DNA of 64,000 nt from Octopus vulgaris (GCA_951406725.2 OX597820.1:59706001-59770000), one strand, 5' to 3'. Shown: positions 26,100 through 39,666, counted from the stretch's first letter. Numbers and translations: made by a program. The notes: generated by a model not told the origin, from the sequence alone.

Positions 26100-27104
26100 G
26101 TTTCTTTATTGACCACAATGGCCGAATACAAAACAAATAGGGATGATACAATACAAGGGAGAAGTGGGGTCTTGAACAATGTCACGTATATAGTAAATAA
26201 CAAAAGCAATTAACAAAACAATTAAACGATAATAAATCTCCAAAAGGGGGAAATTCCTCACGGGGACAACCGAGGAACCCCATACATTCTTGGTTATCCC
26301 GACCGCCAGATGCACATCAGCAGGTGCCTCTCCTCAACTTCTCCGGATTACAAACGAAAGTTCAGAGAAGGCCCATTCACAAGGGCCATCCTCGCCACAT
26401 GCACTTACCTTTCAGCAAATTTACTGGGAGACAGAACTTCCCTCTCTACTCTCATTTTCCTTTTCAAGTAAAACTTGAAAAAGTCGATGAGGGCTTGGTC
26501 GAAGAGGGAAGTATCTGCCTTCAGTCCTTTCAATTTCGTCCACCACACTACCTCCTTCGCCAAAGCCACTAGACAGAAGAAGGCCAAAGGAAGGCGGCGG
26601 GACGATCTTCACGATGGACGATAACACGTGACAATAGCTGTTCAACAAAGCTCCACAAGTCAGTAATGCACGGACACTCGACGAGTGCATGCAGGGCGGT
26701 TTCGTCTCCCTGTGCACACCTCGGACAGGTCCGCCTTGACAGCACTTCTGTGTCTGTAGAGCTTGACTCGAACCGGCAGAGCACTGCCAGACCGGGGATT
26801 TCTGGTAGTTATCCATAGGCCCCGGCCCGAAAGTCCTCAGGAAATGACCAGTTAATCGATCCCTCCCGATGCCCAGAGTTTCCCCGAGGACGTCATCGCT
26901 CTTACCCTCCACTAATTCCCTATAGAACCCCATAGTGTAACTTCCACTGACGGAAAGCAGTGAGCGCTTGCCGACACTCCAGGTGCCAAGCGCCCTTTCT
27001 TGGGTCTACGCTTTATCCAGGACTGCAGCTCCGTCAGTGAGACGAGGTGCGAAAAATCCTGTGTAACAAACAGCGACCACACCTGTTCACCGTTAAGAAA
27101 ACAC
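26100..27104 (-). mobile_element. 5'-truncated Tx1/L1-clade LINE (ORF2 C-terminal CCHC finger, 3' UTR, AATAAA)
   Basis: Frameshifted frames give TCPRCAQGDETALHALVEC..LWSFVEQLLSRV and FLCLVALAKEVVWW-like..LKRKMRVER; ends GGTCAATAAAGAAAC; (AAT)n on both sides. Confidence 0.8.
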
Positions 27105-27160
<56 letters not shown>

Positions 27161-27693
27161 CATTAAGTTTTGGCGCAAGGCCAGTAATTTCGAGGGAGGG
27201 GCTAAGTCGATTACATCGACCCTGATGCTCAACTGGTACTTATTTTATCGACCAGGAAAAGGTGAAAAGTATTGTCGACCCCAGACGATTCTGCCAGCTC
27301 GCCGGAGACGAGGTTAGACAATTACATCGACCCGGGAGGGATGAAGGTTGGCCTCAGTGAGATCTAGTTGAAAGAAATACCTCGTGATATTTTGTCCGAA
27401 TAATAATAAAAAGACGAGAATAAAGAGATCCGGAAAGAAAGAAAACGATAAAGAAAAAGACAAATGAAGAAGTAGAGAAAGAAAGGAAGATGTAATGATA
27501 AACGGAAAGAGACTTAAAGAAAATAAAGGGAAAAAGAGAAAAAGAAGCGAAGCATAAAAATAAAGACTGAAAAAATAAAGCAGAAAAAACAGGCAAAGAA
27601 AAGTAACAAAAACTTGAAAAAAAAGTTGTAGCGAAAAAAACAAATAAAAGAATAAATAGACAGACAGACAGATAGACAGACAGACAGATAGAC

Positions 27694-27804
<111 letters not shown>

Positions 27805-28618
27805 CATGTACATAGATATGTAGAGAGATAGATAGCAAAATAATGGGAAAAAAAGTTAGTCTGGTGTAGGTGAGATATGGTAAAGTGAAGAAACAGACAG
27901 AAGCTAGAGTAGACATGCAAGTTTGACAATCTCAGTGGAAAAATGAAGCAAATTTGAAGAAGAAATACACAAAAAACAAAAAAAGCAAAAGAAAAATAAA
28001 ACGGCGCGCATAGACACAGCCGTAAAAGTAACCAATACGCATTCATTATTCTAGGCAAATCTACAACCATAACCATAGAGATATAGATAGACGCGCTCTT
28101 ACATACAGATACTTCCATATAATCACAAATGCAGACGCTTCCATTTTAACACTTACAAACACTTACACAAATATACATACACACGCACATACACATACAC
28201 ACCTTCTTTCTCCCCCCCTCTCGCTCTCTCTCAAACACACACACAGAAACAGATAGACATATAGGACAGTTTATTCCACAATTCACACGCGCACACACGC
28301 GTATTCATATACACGGCTTACACAAATTCGTATATACGCGCGAAGATACATGCATAGAATAGCAATACATACGTTTACAAAATCACTTGCAAACATAGAC
28401 ACAGACATTTCATACACGCAGAGACACGATCACTGATACACACACATATATACACACAATACACGCATACAAGCATACACAGACAGGCATACACTCTGAC
28501 AAACATACTGGCACACATACACTGTCACAAACACATACACACATAATGTACAGACTTAGACACACACTCATATGTATATACAAAACCACGCATAATACAA
28601 ACTATTGCATATTCTCTC

Positions 28619-28663
<45 letters not shown>

Positions 28664-30755
28664 GTCTCTTTCTCTCACATACACGCATACGAACATTCAT
28701 ACACATTCTCACGTATGAATATATACATATTAACACGCACGCATGCACACACTTATACACATACATACACATAAGCAACAGAAACAAGAAAAGATAAGCA
28801 AGAAAAGCCAAAATAATAAAGAAACAGCAATAAAAAACGTAGATGATAATGAAATGTAAGTTTCTGTCAAAATGAAACATTAGCAGACGAGATTTAGAGC
28901 GGTCGAGATTAAAGTAAAAAAAAAATATGAAGGCAAATAAATTTCAATGAAATATTTCACATGTCAGCTTCCGAAGTTATTAACAAGATTAAGATAAAGA
29001 AATGGAAAGAATTTCTTAAAAATAAGAAAAAAGAACCAAAATGCTCTGAAAGCCTTTATCATCTCTATAGTTGTGTATTAAAGTGTTCGATTCGCAGCTT
29101 TATTATTTCGGATTCTATCATACGTTGGACAAGTATCTTTCGTCCACTAGAGTATGGCCTCAGTTGAACCAATTGCTTGCGAGTAGAATTTAGTGACGGA
29201 AATAATGCACAAGCCATAAGTTTCTCGAATGAAACAAAATGCTTTTTGTAAGACGCACAGTTTTAATGAGACACATGTACACACACATGCGTGCACACAT
29301 ATACACACTCACTCACACATACGCCCATGGACATGCATACACTCACACACGTACACTCTCACACACAAGTACATACGTATCCATATATATGGGAAGAGAT
29401 TTTTAAAGATATATTTAAACCACAACTCTGGTCTAGTTTTAACATTTTTTAATTAAAAAGTGTTTTCACATTTTCGTAAGTAACCCTTCCAGTTTTAGTA
29501 AATTCACCAATATTTCTAGGATATCTCAGTCTTATTTATCTCCAGAATGTGAAGTATTATTGATGTGAATATCTGCCCCTTTTAAAGAAGGCAAAATGTA
29601 AATTCTTTTGACTTTATCATCTGAATTTGTTTAGACTTTCTTATATGCCCACCACGCTCCTACAGTAATGAGCAATTGGAATATACTAGATAAAGGAAAC
29701 AAAATTTGATAGAAAATCATTGCAAGACAAATATATCAGTACAATTCCTCCAAAATATATATGATGACAGAATATTACTCATAAAACAGTAGAATATATA
29801 TACATTATGAATAAAGTAAACGTATGACCTATTCACGTATAAATCTAACGATCAAATTTCAGCGATAAATTCTAAACAAAACTGAGTGATAAAGTGTACA
29901 CAAATCACATTCACTTACCATAAAAGAGTCAGTTATTTACAACAATAAAACTTCATAGCATAGTCGCAAGGCTGTTAATGTCTTGAAACGTTGATGATGA
30001 CTTAAGAACTTTATTGTCCTAGATAAACTACATGTGGCCCATCCGAGAAGCTGAGCAAAAGCCTTCATTAAAAAGATGGAATGAAATCGTGTTCACACAC
30101 AGACTCCCTCATACACATGCGTACACCACGCATACATACACACACATACACTAATGCATATATATATATATATATTTATACTCATACACACATACATACA
30201 CACGCATGCACACACACACGCACATGCACGCACGCACACACACACACACATACACACAAGAATGAGTGGAGAAAGGTGTAGACAATAATTTCAGCTGTCC
30301 ATGCATTTGTATGATTCTAATCCAATAACGGGGCGTTTCCCAGTTTTGATAGAGGTACTTCTCGAAGTATCTGCCTTTCCCGAGTATTTCGGATCTGTTG
30401 TTTAAAGGTGTCTTGATTGTGTAGGTTATTGTAGATATCCTTCTGCTGTACACAGATCACATTTTTATTTTCGTTTTCGTATTATTTGCATCATTTGATG
30501 ATTTAATGCAATAGTTTGAAGTTCTTTTTTTTTCTTTCAATTCTTAGATGCTGTCGGCTAATTTTGTTGTGTTTTCTTTTCTGATGTCTGACAGAAGGCC
30601 AATGACTTTAAACCTATGTTTAAATTACTTTTTTGTCATGCTTATGCAACGGGTTCTATAAAGATGATCTCTACTGCATAACTTTGGCTTCTGCATTGCA
30701 AGATACCTAGTTGACATGTTCCTGCACCAATATGTGGTTTTGTGTTATTGGCGTA

Positions 30756-30813
<58 letters not shown>

Positions 30814-30831
30814 TGTATGTACTAGTGACGG

Positions 30832-30958
30832 TGCACGGCCTAGTGATATGGTTTCAATTTTTGGACCGGGTAGCACATTGTGTTCTTGAGCAAAACACAT
30901 CATTTCACGTTGCTCTGCGATTACTTCCGTACCTGATTATGGGTCAGGCAAAGTCGAT
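30832..30958 (+). mobile_element. SINE family C fragment (host of the RTE insertion)
   Basis: TTGTGTTCTTGAGCAAAACACATCATTTCAC matches 36035-36240. Confidence 0.55.
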
Positions 30959-31352
30959 GATGACGTCATCGCTTGAATCTCCGACCCCTTCCTTCGGTGC
31001 TTCTACAACGGCGCTTAAGGTGGTTCGGTGCTTCTACAACGGCGCTTAAGGTGGTTCGGTACAGAGGATGAGCGGATTCGCGATGTCCTCCTCCCCGTCC
31101 ACTTCCCAACTGGCGCAAACGCACAGGCGGGCAGCTGAAGACCTGGGCAACGACGATAAAGGAGGACATCTCCGAACTCTCAGGTCCGCAGGTGGTCGGT
31201 CTGCGCAGATGTAACCGCGAATGGCTCGTTATCTCCAGTGATCTAGCACAGGACCGTCGAGGGTGGGCCGCCATGGTTCGGGATGCCGTCAGGACCAGAG
31301 AAGAAGCCGGCTCAACCCGCCCTGGGTGAACGCCGTCACAAGTACAAGTAAG
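30959..31352 (+). mobile_element. 5'-truncated RTE-clade LINE 3' end
   Basis: Reads SVLLQRRLRWFG (31-bp internal tandem duplication at 30993/31024), then PNWRKRTGGQLKTWATTIKED..LAQDRRGWAAMVRDAV; (CAAGTA)n tail; approximate 17-bp TSD GGTCAGGCAAaGtCGAT at 30942 and 31355. Confidence 0.85.
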
Positions 31353-31965
31353 CAGGTCAGGCAACGCCGATTTGATTGAAGGAGTGAGCTAATGTACCGT
31401 ACATACACTTGAAGAGTATTTAAAAAAATCATTTGTGTCGGTTGTCCAGCAAAAAATTGCAGAACTTTCTTTTTTGGGTCTATGAGAGATTACCATCATG
31501 TATGCAGTAGCTATTATCGACAGAAAAAGGCTTTGTAACGGATATTCATTGGCACATCCAACTTGATTTGGATGTGTTGTTTTAAACGCCGTATGCTGCT
31601 GTAATTGTCAGGTAAAATTATCCCGTATAAATGTTGAGCGTTAAAAAGCGCAGATTATATCGAGATTTGGCGAGCACTGGCGAATGCGATTGCTGTATCA
31701 CGTGATTTCAGCGTAATTTACGCTTCCTCAGCAATAGCTAACACAGCAGTTTGGTGAAGCTTTATATCTAGCGTTGCATCGAAGTCATTATCAATTAACA
31801 TATTTAAATAGATATCACGCTCTACAGTTGTAGGGAGTCTTTTTTCAGTTTAATGTTTATTAGTATGTTAATAAAAAAAAAAGAGCCGCTCATTTTTAGC
31901 TATATTTACTACATATATACTTATATGAATAATCTGATGAATGTATGTATGAATGCATGTGTGTA

Positions 31966-32824
31966 CGCGAAGGTACCCAAAAGAAACGGGAAACGTTTTC
32001 TGTGTAACAAACCCGTTGTAGTTCAGGCTTCCAGCATGAGAAGCCACTTGATGCGACCCTCAGGCATCAGTATGCCGACCGGCGTCGTCGAGTGGAGTCG
32101 TATTGTCAAGAGATGCGTCTTTGTTTTGTCGATTTTTGCGATGGCTGAAACAAAGGAACAGCAGAAGAAACAACGTACTTTCGTGAAATTCTGTTTTCTG
32201 CTAGGGAAAACGACGGCCGAAACAGTTGCCATGCTTCAAACAGTTTCCACACTTTAGAAATAATCTCTTGTCACTTGAAGACCAGCCTTGTTCAGGACGA
32301 CCATCGACCTTCCGAACAAAGGAAAACATTATGAAAATTCATGAACTGATCTTTGACGACCATCACAGAACAACTGACGAACTTGTTGATATGACTGGTG
32401 TGTCCTGGAGCTCCTGCAAAGGAATTTTGAGCAAGAATTTGCGAATGAAAAGAGCTGCAGCAAAATTTGTGCCTCATTGCTCACGGAAGATCAAAAGCAG
32501 TCACGACACAATGCATCTCGTGAACTGAAAGAACAGTTGGAAATTGATTCGGAGCTTTTTTCGAGGGTCATTGCTTGTGGCGAAAGCTGGTGCTACGGAA
32601 TTTGCAGATGTGGAAAAGGTGTAAAGAAAAAGAAAAAAATCCGGAGGCGTTAAAAGGCATCACTTTGCAAGAGTTCCAGCACTGCTTCGAATAGTGAAAA
32701 TGCGTCTGGACCGAGGTATTGCTTCAAATGAAGAATATTTTGAAGGCGATAAAAGTGTAAATAGGAAAAATTAAGGGAATAAAATTATATTGCAAAATCC
32801 CGGTTTCTTGTGGGTAACCCCTCG
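31966..32824 (+). mobile_element. Internally deleted mariner transposon
   Basis: Imperfect TIRs (CGCGAAGGTACCCAAAAGAAACGGGA / TCCCGGTTTCTTGTGGGTAACCCCTCG) with TA flanks; remnants QRTFVKFCFLLGKTTAET, LEDQPCSGRPST, AAKFVPH, GESWCYG; most of the catalytic domain is deleted. Confidence 0.88.
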
Positions 32825-33678
32825 TATATCTATATGTACACACACTCACGCGCACGCACTTTGGCTAAGACCGAGTAGTCTAATACAATGCAGGGTTGTT
32901 TAAAACCTCCACATATTCTGTAGATAGGTCTTTTATATGTCTGGGGTCTGTTTCTGGTTAGAACATTTTGAGCTGTTGATGCAACACAACACATTTCACT
33001 GTGCGTGTCAGACACTGGCGCAAGCAATTTTCTTTCCTTATCTACTTCTGCTTTATTCGGTCTCTTTAGGCCTTGTAGAAGCTTTTTGTAGCCAACGTCT
33101 TGGTATGATATTTTACAATCATATTTTCATTTTTTCCCCCTTTTATTTCAATAGTTCTCTTCCTTCTCTTTGCATTAACCTAGTTTTATATGTTCTCTTT
33201 CCCTTTTTTAATTTAGAGGAAATTTTGATCGGCCACCTACTTGGTAGCAAGGTTGTATATGTATGTATGCATGTACGTACGTACGTATGTATGTATGTGT
33301 GTATGTATGTATGTATGTATGTATGTATGTATGTATGTATGTATGTATGTATGTATGTATGTATGTACGTACGTACGTATGTATGTATGTGTGTATGTAT
33401 GTATGTATGTATGTATGTATATGTATGCATGCATGTATTTATGTATCTATGTATGCGCGTGTGGGTATGCATCTGAATGTGTGTTTGTATACTATCAGAT
33501 GTCAGTTGTGTCAGCCATATATATATATATATACATACATACATACACTTATCTAAGCATACACACACACACATATGTGTGCATATGTCTATATATATAT
33601 ATATATTGAGGAAGATTGTGGTGGAGCCGAGGGCGAGTTGACTAGTTGTATGTATTTTGTGTGTGTGAGACCGCACAC

Positions 33679-33746
33679 ACGTTTATCCATTGAACTGTTC
33701 CAAACACACGTGCACGTGTGTTTGGAACAGCTCACTGGATAGACGT
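33679..33746. other. 68-nt hairpin with a perfect 36-nt central palindrome
   Basis: CTGTTCCAAACACACGTG|CACGTGTGTTTGGAACAG at 33695-33730, with 13/16 matching extensions. Confidence 0.9.
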
Positions 33747-34164
33747 TAGGTCTGTCTCTGTCGGGTACAGACGGCGCCATAAACACGATGCTTTCAGTCA
33801 ATTATTTGCTGCGAACAAACGGCAGCCAGGTTTTGCTGTAAAAGGCTCCGGGGGAAGTTGGTGTTGGCGGTGGTTAGCTTGGGTGGCCGGATATGGGATA
33901 AGGCATTGTTGTTGGTGCTATTTAGCCTAAGGTCATTCATGATCAAGCTGACCTATGTTCAAAAGCATTCCAGCCATCATCACCCCCATTATTTTATCAG
34001 GTATAAGTTTAGCTAGGACTATAGAATCCTGTATCTCCTTCAATATTTAAGGTGGCGGATTATAATGTCTAGATTTGACTGTTATTTCTAAGAGATTGAG
34101 CGGCCTCATGAATGTACTATCGCAGCAGTAATAGTAGCAGTAGTAGTTGTAGTAGCAGTAGCAA

Positions 34165-34206
<42 letters not shown>

Positions 34207-34249
34207 CAGCAGCAGCAGCAGCAGTAGTAGTAGCAGCAACAGCAGCGGC

Positions 34250-34315
<66 letters not shown>

Positions 34316-35194
34316 TGTTGTTGTTGTTGTGTTGTTTTTGTTGTCGTAGTTCTTGGTGGTGGCGGTGGTAATCGTGTAAGTACCTCGCATTTGTTGGACA
34401 GGTAGATCAACCGTGTCAAGCTCACCGGTGCCAGAGGGCCTGCGAACACCAGAGTCGCAGCGTTTTCTTTTAGACCTCCCACGACGACAACAACGACGAC
34501 GACGACGACCACCACCACCACCATCACAATAACAACAACAATGGTTTCAAATTTTGGCACAAGGCTAGCAATTTAGGGCAAGGGTATAAGTCGATTATAT
34601 TGACATCTCCCTCCCCTCCAGTGTTCCGCTGGTACTTATTTTGTCGACCCCGAGAGAGTAAAAGGCGAAGTCGAGCTCGCAGAATTTGAAATGAAAACGT
34701 AAAGCCAGTTTGTTCGTTGTGATATCGATTCTGTCACAGTCTTCCTTTTGCTGCATCTTTGTTGACTTATAATGATGCTGTTGTATGTAGTATCTATCAT
34801 ATTGGTGGTGATGGTGGTAGTGGTGGCGGCGGTGGCGGCGACGATAATGATGATGATGATGATGTTTAACCGCAAGTCTTTCCTGATAGACTTATGGCCG
34901 TCTCGACTGCCTAGTGTGCCATTCATTATTTAAGACGACAAAACGTGAATTGTGGGAGATTTAGTTGTTATTTCTAGCACGGTGAGTGGCTACGTTGAGG
35001 CTTCTTCGTTGGCTCATGATATGTGTTACGTTGATGCCAGTGAATGCAACATTATTGCTGCTGCTGTTGTTGTTGGTGTCGTCGCTTATCTCTTGGTCAG
35101 CTCTCATAGAGCCGAAGTATGATAAAAAAATATTCCATCCGGGTACTGTGGGCCATGCAACACTGTGTTTGGTGATGGTGCTGATGATGAAGTA

Positions 35195-35532
35195 CCATAT
35201 CTGATGACATATAAGACGCACGTTTTTATTTAAAAAAACAAAAAAGTTAGAAATTCGTCCTGAGTCCTATATGCGAAGTTGGGGTTGAAATTTCATGCTT
35301 TACGCACTAAAATCAATACATTCAGTTGGCAAAAGTAAGTTGTACCTGTATTTCAAAGGGTCAACCTTGTTAGATTCTGTTTCACGTTAAATCTCCCTAA
35401 GAGCTACGTTAAAAGTACGCGTGTCTATGGAGTGCTCAGCCACTTGCACGTTAATTTCGCGTCCTGAATATGCGCTGCTGAAATTAGAGTGCATCTAATA
35501 TTCCCGTGCGCCTTTTATGCCATCAAATACGG
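35195..35532. mobile_element. pogo/Tc2-like MITE
   Basis: TA-flanked TIRs CCATATCTGATGACATATAAGACGCAC / GTGCGCCTTTTATGCCATCAAATACGG. Confidence 0.7.
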
Positions 35533-35680
35533 TAGGTCTTATAGTGTTGGCGTTCATACTTTTTGCACTGCCCCTGTGTCAACTTTGATCGAACAGGCCC
35601 ATAGCACGCTGATTGTTGGTACTGTACACAGATCTAGAATCTCAGTAATACCATGACTTTCGCCCAACTGAGGATCACAC

Positions 35681-35943
35681 CAGAAGCGTAGTTAGGTAGA
35701 TACGATGGGAAAGGTCCACCCCAGGCGTTCCTCCCCGTGCAGTCCACCCCGGCCAATCCTCCCCGGGTGGTCCTCCCCGAGCGGTCCTCTCTGGGCAGTC
35801 CTCTCCGGGCGGTCCTCCCCAGATGGTCCTCTCTGAACGGTCCTCAAGCGGTCCTTTCGGATTTGCTTTATAAGCTTTATTGGTGGTGGGGACAGCAAAC
35901 CGAAGGATCGCCCGAAGCAGCACACGCTCTAACTACGCCACTG
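35681..35943. mobile_element. Putative hAT-like MITE carrying a 15-bp GC-rich minisatellite
   Basis: Ends CAGAAGCGTAGTTAG / CTAACTACGCCACTG; about 10 units of GCGGTCCTCCCCGGG at 35712-35857; no TSD seen. Confidence 0.5.
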
Positions 35944-36034
35944 GACTGTGCTACACATTCTGATATTAGACAATCTGTACCTACTTTACTATCTCCAGTG
36001 TCTAGTACAGTGGTAGTGAATCTATAACACGTGG

Positions 36035-36240
36035 AAACGCATGGCTTAATGGTTAGGGATGCTGCACTCGTGAACGTAAGATTGTGGTTTCGATTCCTGG
36101 ACTGGGCAATGCGTTGTGTTCTTAAGCAAAACACTTCATTTCATATTGCGTCAGTCCATTCAGCTGGCAAAAATGAGTAATCCTTCGACGGACCGACGTC
36201 CTCTCTAGAGGGAAATATATACACCACAGAAACCGAGAAA
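36035..36240 (+). mobile_element. SINE family C (tRNA-like head)
   Basis: TGGCTTAATGG A-box-like and GGTTTCGATTCC B-box-like motifs; body shared with 30832-30958. Confidence 0.6.
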
Positions 36241-37542
36241 CATGGACTTCAGAGAAAAAGAAAATCTCAAGTTATAAAGTAAATCTCAAGTAATGTCTCG
36301 TTATAAAACCAAATACATAGACACATGTAGCGCTCCTATAACTGAATTATTACGCAAACTAATTAAAATTTAGATACATCGACGTAGCTACACCCGCACC
36401 CATTTTAGGCTACTTTCCAGTGATCTTAAATCGATTTTATATTAGCCCCAACTCACTACACGAGGTTGTTGTAGGGATAAAATGCGATTTCATCTTCCCT
36501 CAGGACATGATTGCAAGTTAAACGGAAGCAAATGTGAATTGTGGGTAATGTGGGTAATTTGAATTCACTATAACGGAGCTAAAATGTTACACCATCACTG
36601 GGTTAGTATTTACTCCAGTAGATTCTGACGGCGGCCACATCAGAACGGGGTGGGTCGGACTCGGCCTCAGCATTAATGTTGTGCAGCAGAGCATAGCGCT
36701 AAGTGTTAATGGGGCTATAGATGTTGTTTCTATTTTCGTATGCATAGAGGAAAAGACACCGAGTCTTTTTCTTTAGATCATACACACATGCGCACACTCA
36801 CACGCTTACCCATACACACAAACAACTTCAAGGAACATCTCTACAGAATGGTAATTGAAGTGCCACGACGGAGTAGAACCTGGCGTAATACTGGTGTAAG
36901 AAAGAAGGTTTTGGAGATAATGGAAATAAAACCAGGGTTGAATGGCATTAGAATTCACTGGAGCATGAAATCGAAATTTAGTTTTCAAGATAACAGTTGT
37001 TACTCATTGCGAATTTCTAGTTGTCAGTGTCACGATAAGATGACGGACATCGCTGTCTGATGTGGACAATGATGACAATAATGCGTCTTATAGTAGTCTA
37101 ACTAAACAGCATATAGAACAGAAAGTAATGACGCTGAAAAATTTCCCAGGGATGCTATTGACTTGCAGAACACATAGCTAAGTGCAGGTTAACATAATCT
37201 AATAACTGTTTAATCATTTGAAATGACTGCCGCTATTAGAAGAATAACTGTTAGTGTTAATGACACGAATTGTCAAAATGTCAATACAGATTTAACTCCG
37301 AAATTTGAATCAAAAATTACATGGGGACATGAAGTGCAGAATGAATTAGTGATAACTCTCGACCTGTTTTAGTATTACTCAGATCTCATCAGTGACGTAT
37401 AATCCAACTCGTATTAGCAGATCTTAGAATAATATTGATTGTATATAGATTTGTGTGAGTGTGTGTGTGTGTGTGTGTATAACTATTCAAAGATTTAGCT
37501 TTTTAAAATAACATCAGAAAATTTCCAAAGGATATCTTCATA

Positions 37543-37704
37543 GGCGTAGGAGTGGCTGTGTGGTAAGTAGCTTGCTTACCAACCACATGGTTCCGGGTTC
37601 AGTCCCACTGCGTGGCACTTTGGACAAGTGTCTTCTACTATAGCCTCGGGTCGACCAAAGCCTTGTGAATGGATTTGGTAGACGGAAACTGAAAGAAGCC
37701 TGTC

Positions 37705-37762
<58 letters not shown>

Positions 37763-37992
37763 GTATGTGTGTGTATATGTTTGTGTGTCTGTATTTGTCC
37801 CCCCAACATCGCTTGACAACCGATGCTGGTGTGTTTACGTCCCCGTAACTTAGCGGTTCGACAAAAGAGGTCAATAGAATAAGTACTAGACTTACAAAGA
37901 ATACATCCTGGGGTCGATTTGCTCGACTAAAAGGCGGTGCCCCAGCATGGCCAAAGTCAAATGACTGAAACAAGTAAATGAGTAAAAGAGTA
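37543..37992 (+). mobile_element. Full-length SINE family B
   Basis: tRNA-like head, internal (TA)n(TG)n, 3' GGCGGTGCCCCAGCATGGCC..AGTCAAATGACTGAAAC, (GTAAAAGA) tail. Confidence 0.9.
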
Positions 37993-38127
37993 TACGAAGA
38001 ATAGTTAACTTCATATCCATTAGCTTCAGACTCACTGTACGTAGCATTTCATTTCTTGAGAAGAATTTCAGTTAACGTTAATGACTTTTTTCTTCATTAT
38101 AGGCAAAATTTCCATTGATTAAACGTA

Positions 38128-38335
38128 GGCGCAAGCAATGCTGTATGGTTAAGAGGTTTGCTTCCCAACCATGTGGTCTTGGGTTCAGTTCCACTACACA
38201 CCACCTTTGGAAAGTCTCTTCTACTAAAGCCCCGGACTGGCCAAAGCTTTGTGAGTGCATTTGGTAAACGGAAACTGAAAGAAAGCCGTCGCATGTGTGT
38301 GTGTGTATGTGTGCGTTCGCACGCGTGTATGTGTG

Positions 38336-38384
<49 letters not shown>

Positions 38385-38515
38385 GCGTGTGTGTGTGTGA
38401 ATGAATGTATGCATGTATGTATGTATGCATGTCTGAGTGTCTTTTTGTTGTTTGTCTAAAACCTTCAAGGCGGTGCTCCAGCATAGCCGCACTCTAATGA
38501 CGGAAACAAGTAAAA
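38128..38515 (+). mobile_element. SINE family B, diverged and internally deleted
   Basis: Head and 3' motif align to 37543-37992. Confidence 0.8.
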
Positions 38516-38559
38516 TATATAAATGTTTAAAGATCTTCTCAGTCATTCTCAAGTATGTT

Positions 38560-39480
38560 AGGGACTGGTAAATCTAAGCTTTACTGACGAAATTAAATTA
38601 GACTGAAACATGTACATATTAAAGATCAGATTCCTATCCACAGCATGGCTTTAGCTTTTGATTTTGGACTCATCTTCTTTGACTCTCATGACAGAATAAT
38701 AGTCAAGTTAGCCAAATCTTCGCTCTGTGAGTGTTGTCATCTGTGAGTGTTGACTACTGGAATGCATTTTTCCCTCAAAAAGCAAAATGTAAAAGCCCAA
38801 GATGTGCGCAGTGTTCTACAGTTGCTATAAGCCCCAGTAGAGCCAGCAGTTGATTGGAGTTAAAGACTTTTCTATCCAGATAGTTTAGGAATGTTTGAGA
38901 CATACCAATCTGGTAAATGCACCGTGGAGAAAATCATGATATTCAAGCTGTAATATATATCAGAATCAGTGTAGGCATTCGCCACGTATGTCCGACCTTC
39001 CGTTGAGAGCTGCATCTAGTTTATTTCTGGTGAGACTGACCGCGCTGCACGTAATCTGGTCACTTATAGGTCTGGACTGAATTTGACCCTATGCACCTGA
39101 AATACATTGTCGATCTTAAAATCACCGATATCCAGCGTGGACATGCCTTTCAAGATGTCGAGTTGCAGGTTTGTTCTTGTTCATGTGTGTTCTTGTTAAT
39201 GTGAGTGTGTCTTACCTCTAATTCCTCCAGTATGGTAATGACCGCCTCAATTTGGTAGATGCTCCGAAGCATGGTTTTGATGTCATCTGCATATGCAAAT
39301 ATGACTCTCTTGTGTTCCAGTTCGAGTGAAATGCCTTCCAATGTATCTAACTTCGATAGTAGTGACCCAGAAGCTAGAACATACCAGAGCGATAAAACGG
39401 AGTACTTTTAATGAACCAAGCGAGTGATTTGATACGCATGCGACTAAGGATTTACAACATAGACCCAAGCACTCAATTTC
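38560..39480 (-). pseudogene. Decayed reverse transcriptase fragment of a Tx1/L1-clade LINE
   Basis: EGI..VIFAYADDIK (YADD motif), followed in broken frames by VKFSPDL and EGRTYVANAY..IYY, in the expected order. Confidence 0.65.
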
Positions 39481-39666
39481 TTTCTATGTGGGACCATATA
39501 ATCCATGTACTTGATCCCTGTACTTGATTGAATTCTTTTTCCTTTCCATAAGAAATGAAACAAGAAAACTCAACCTCTGTGGGATTTGAACGTAGAACAT
39601 AAAGGGACTCAACTAAATAGCGTGACGCATTTAATCCATCGCCCCAAATAATCTTTCTACTGGATC

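Noticed and set aside
34112-34330. Poly-Ser/Thr/Leu ORFs
   Set aside because: (AGT)n/(AGC)n trinucleotide repeat.
37543-37612. tRNA gene
   Set aside because: It is the tRNA-like head of a multi-copy SINE, with no complete cloverleaf.
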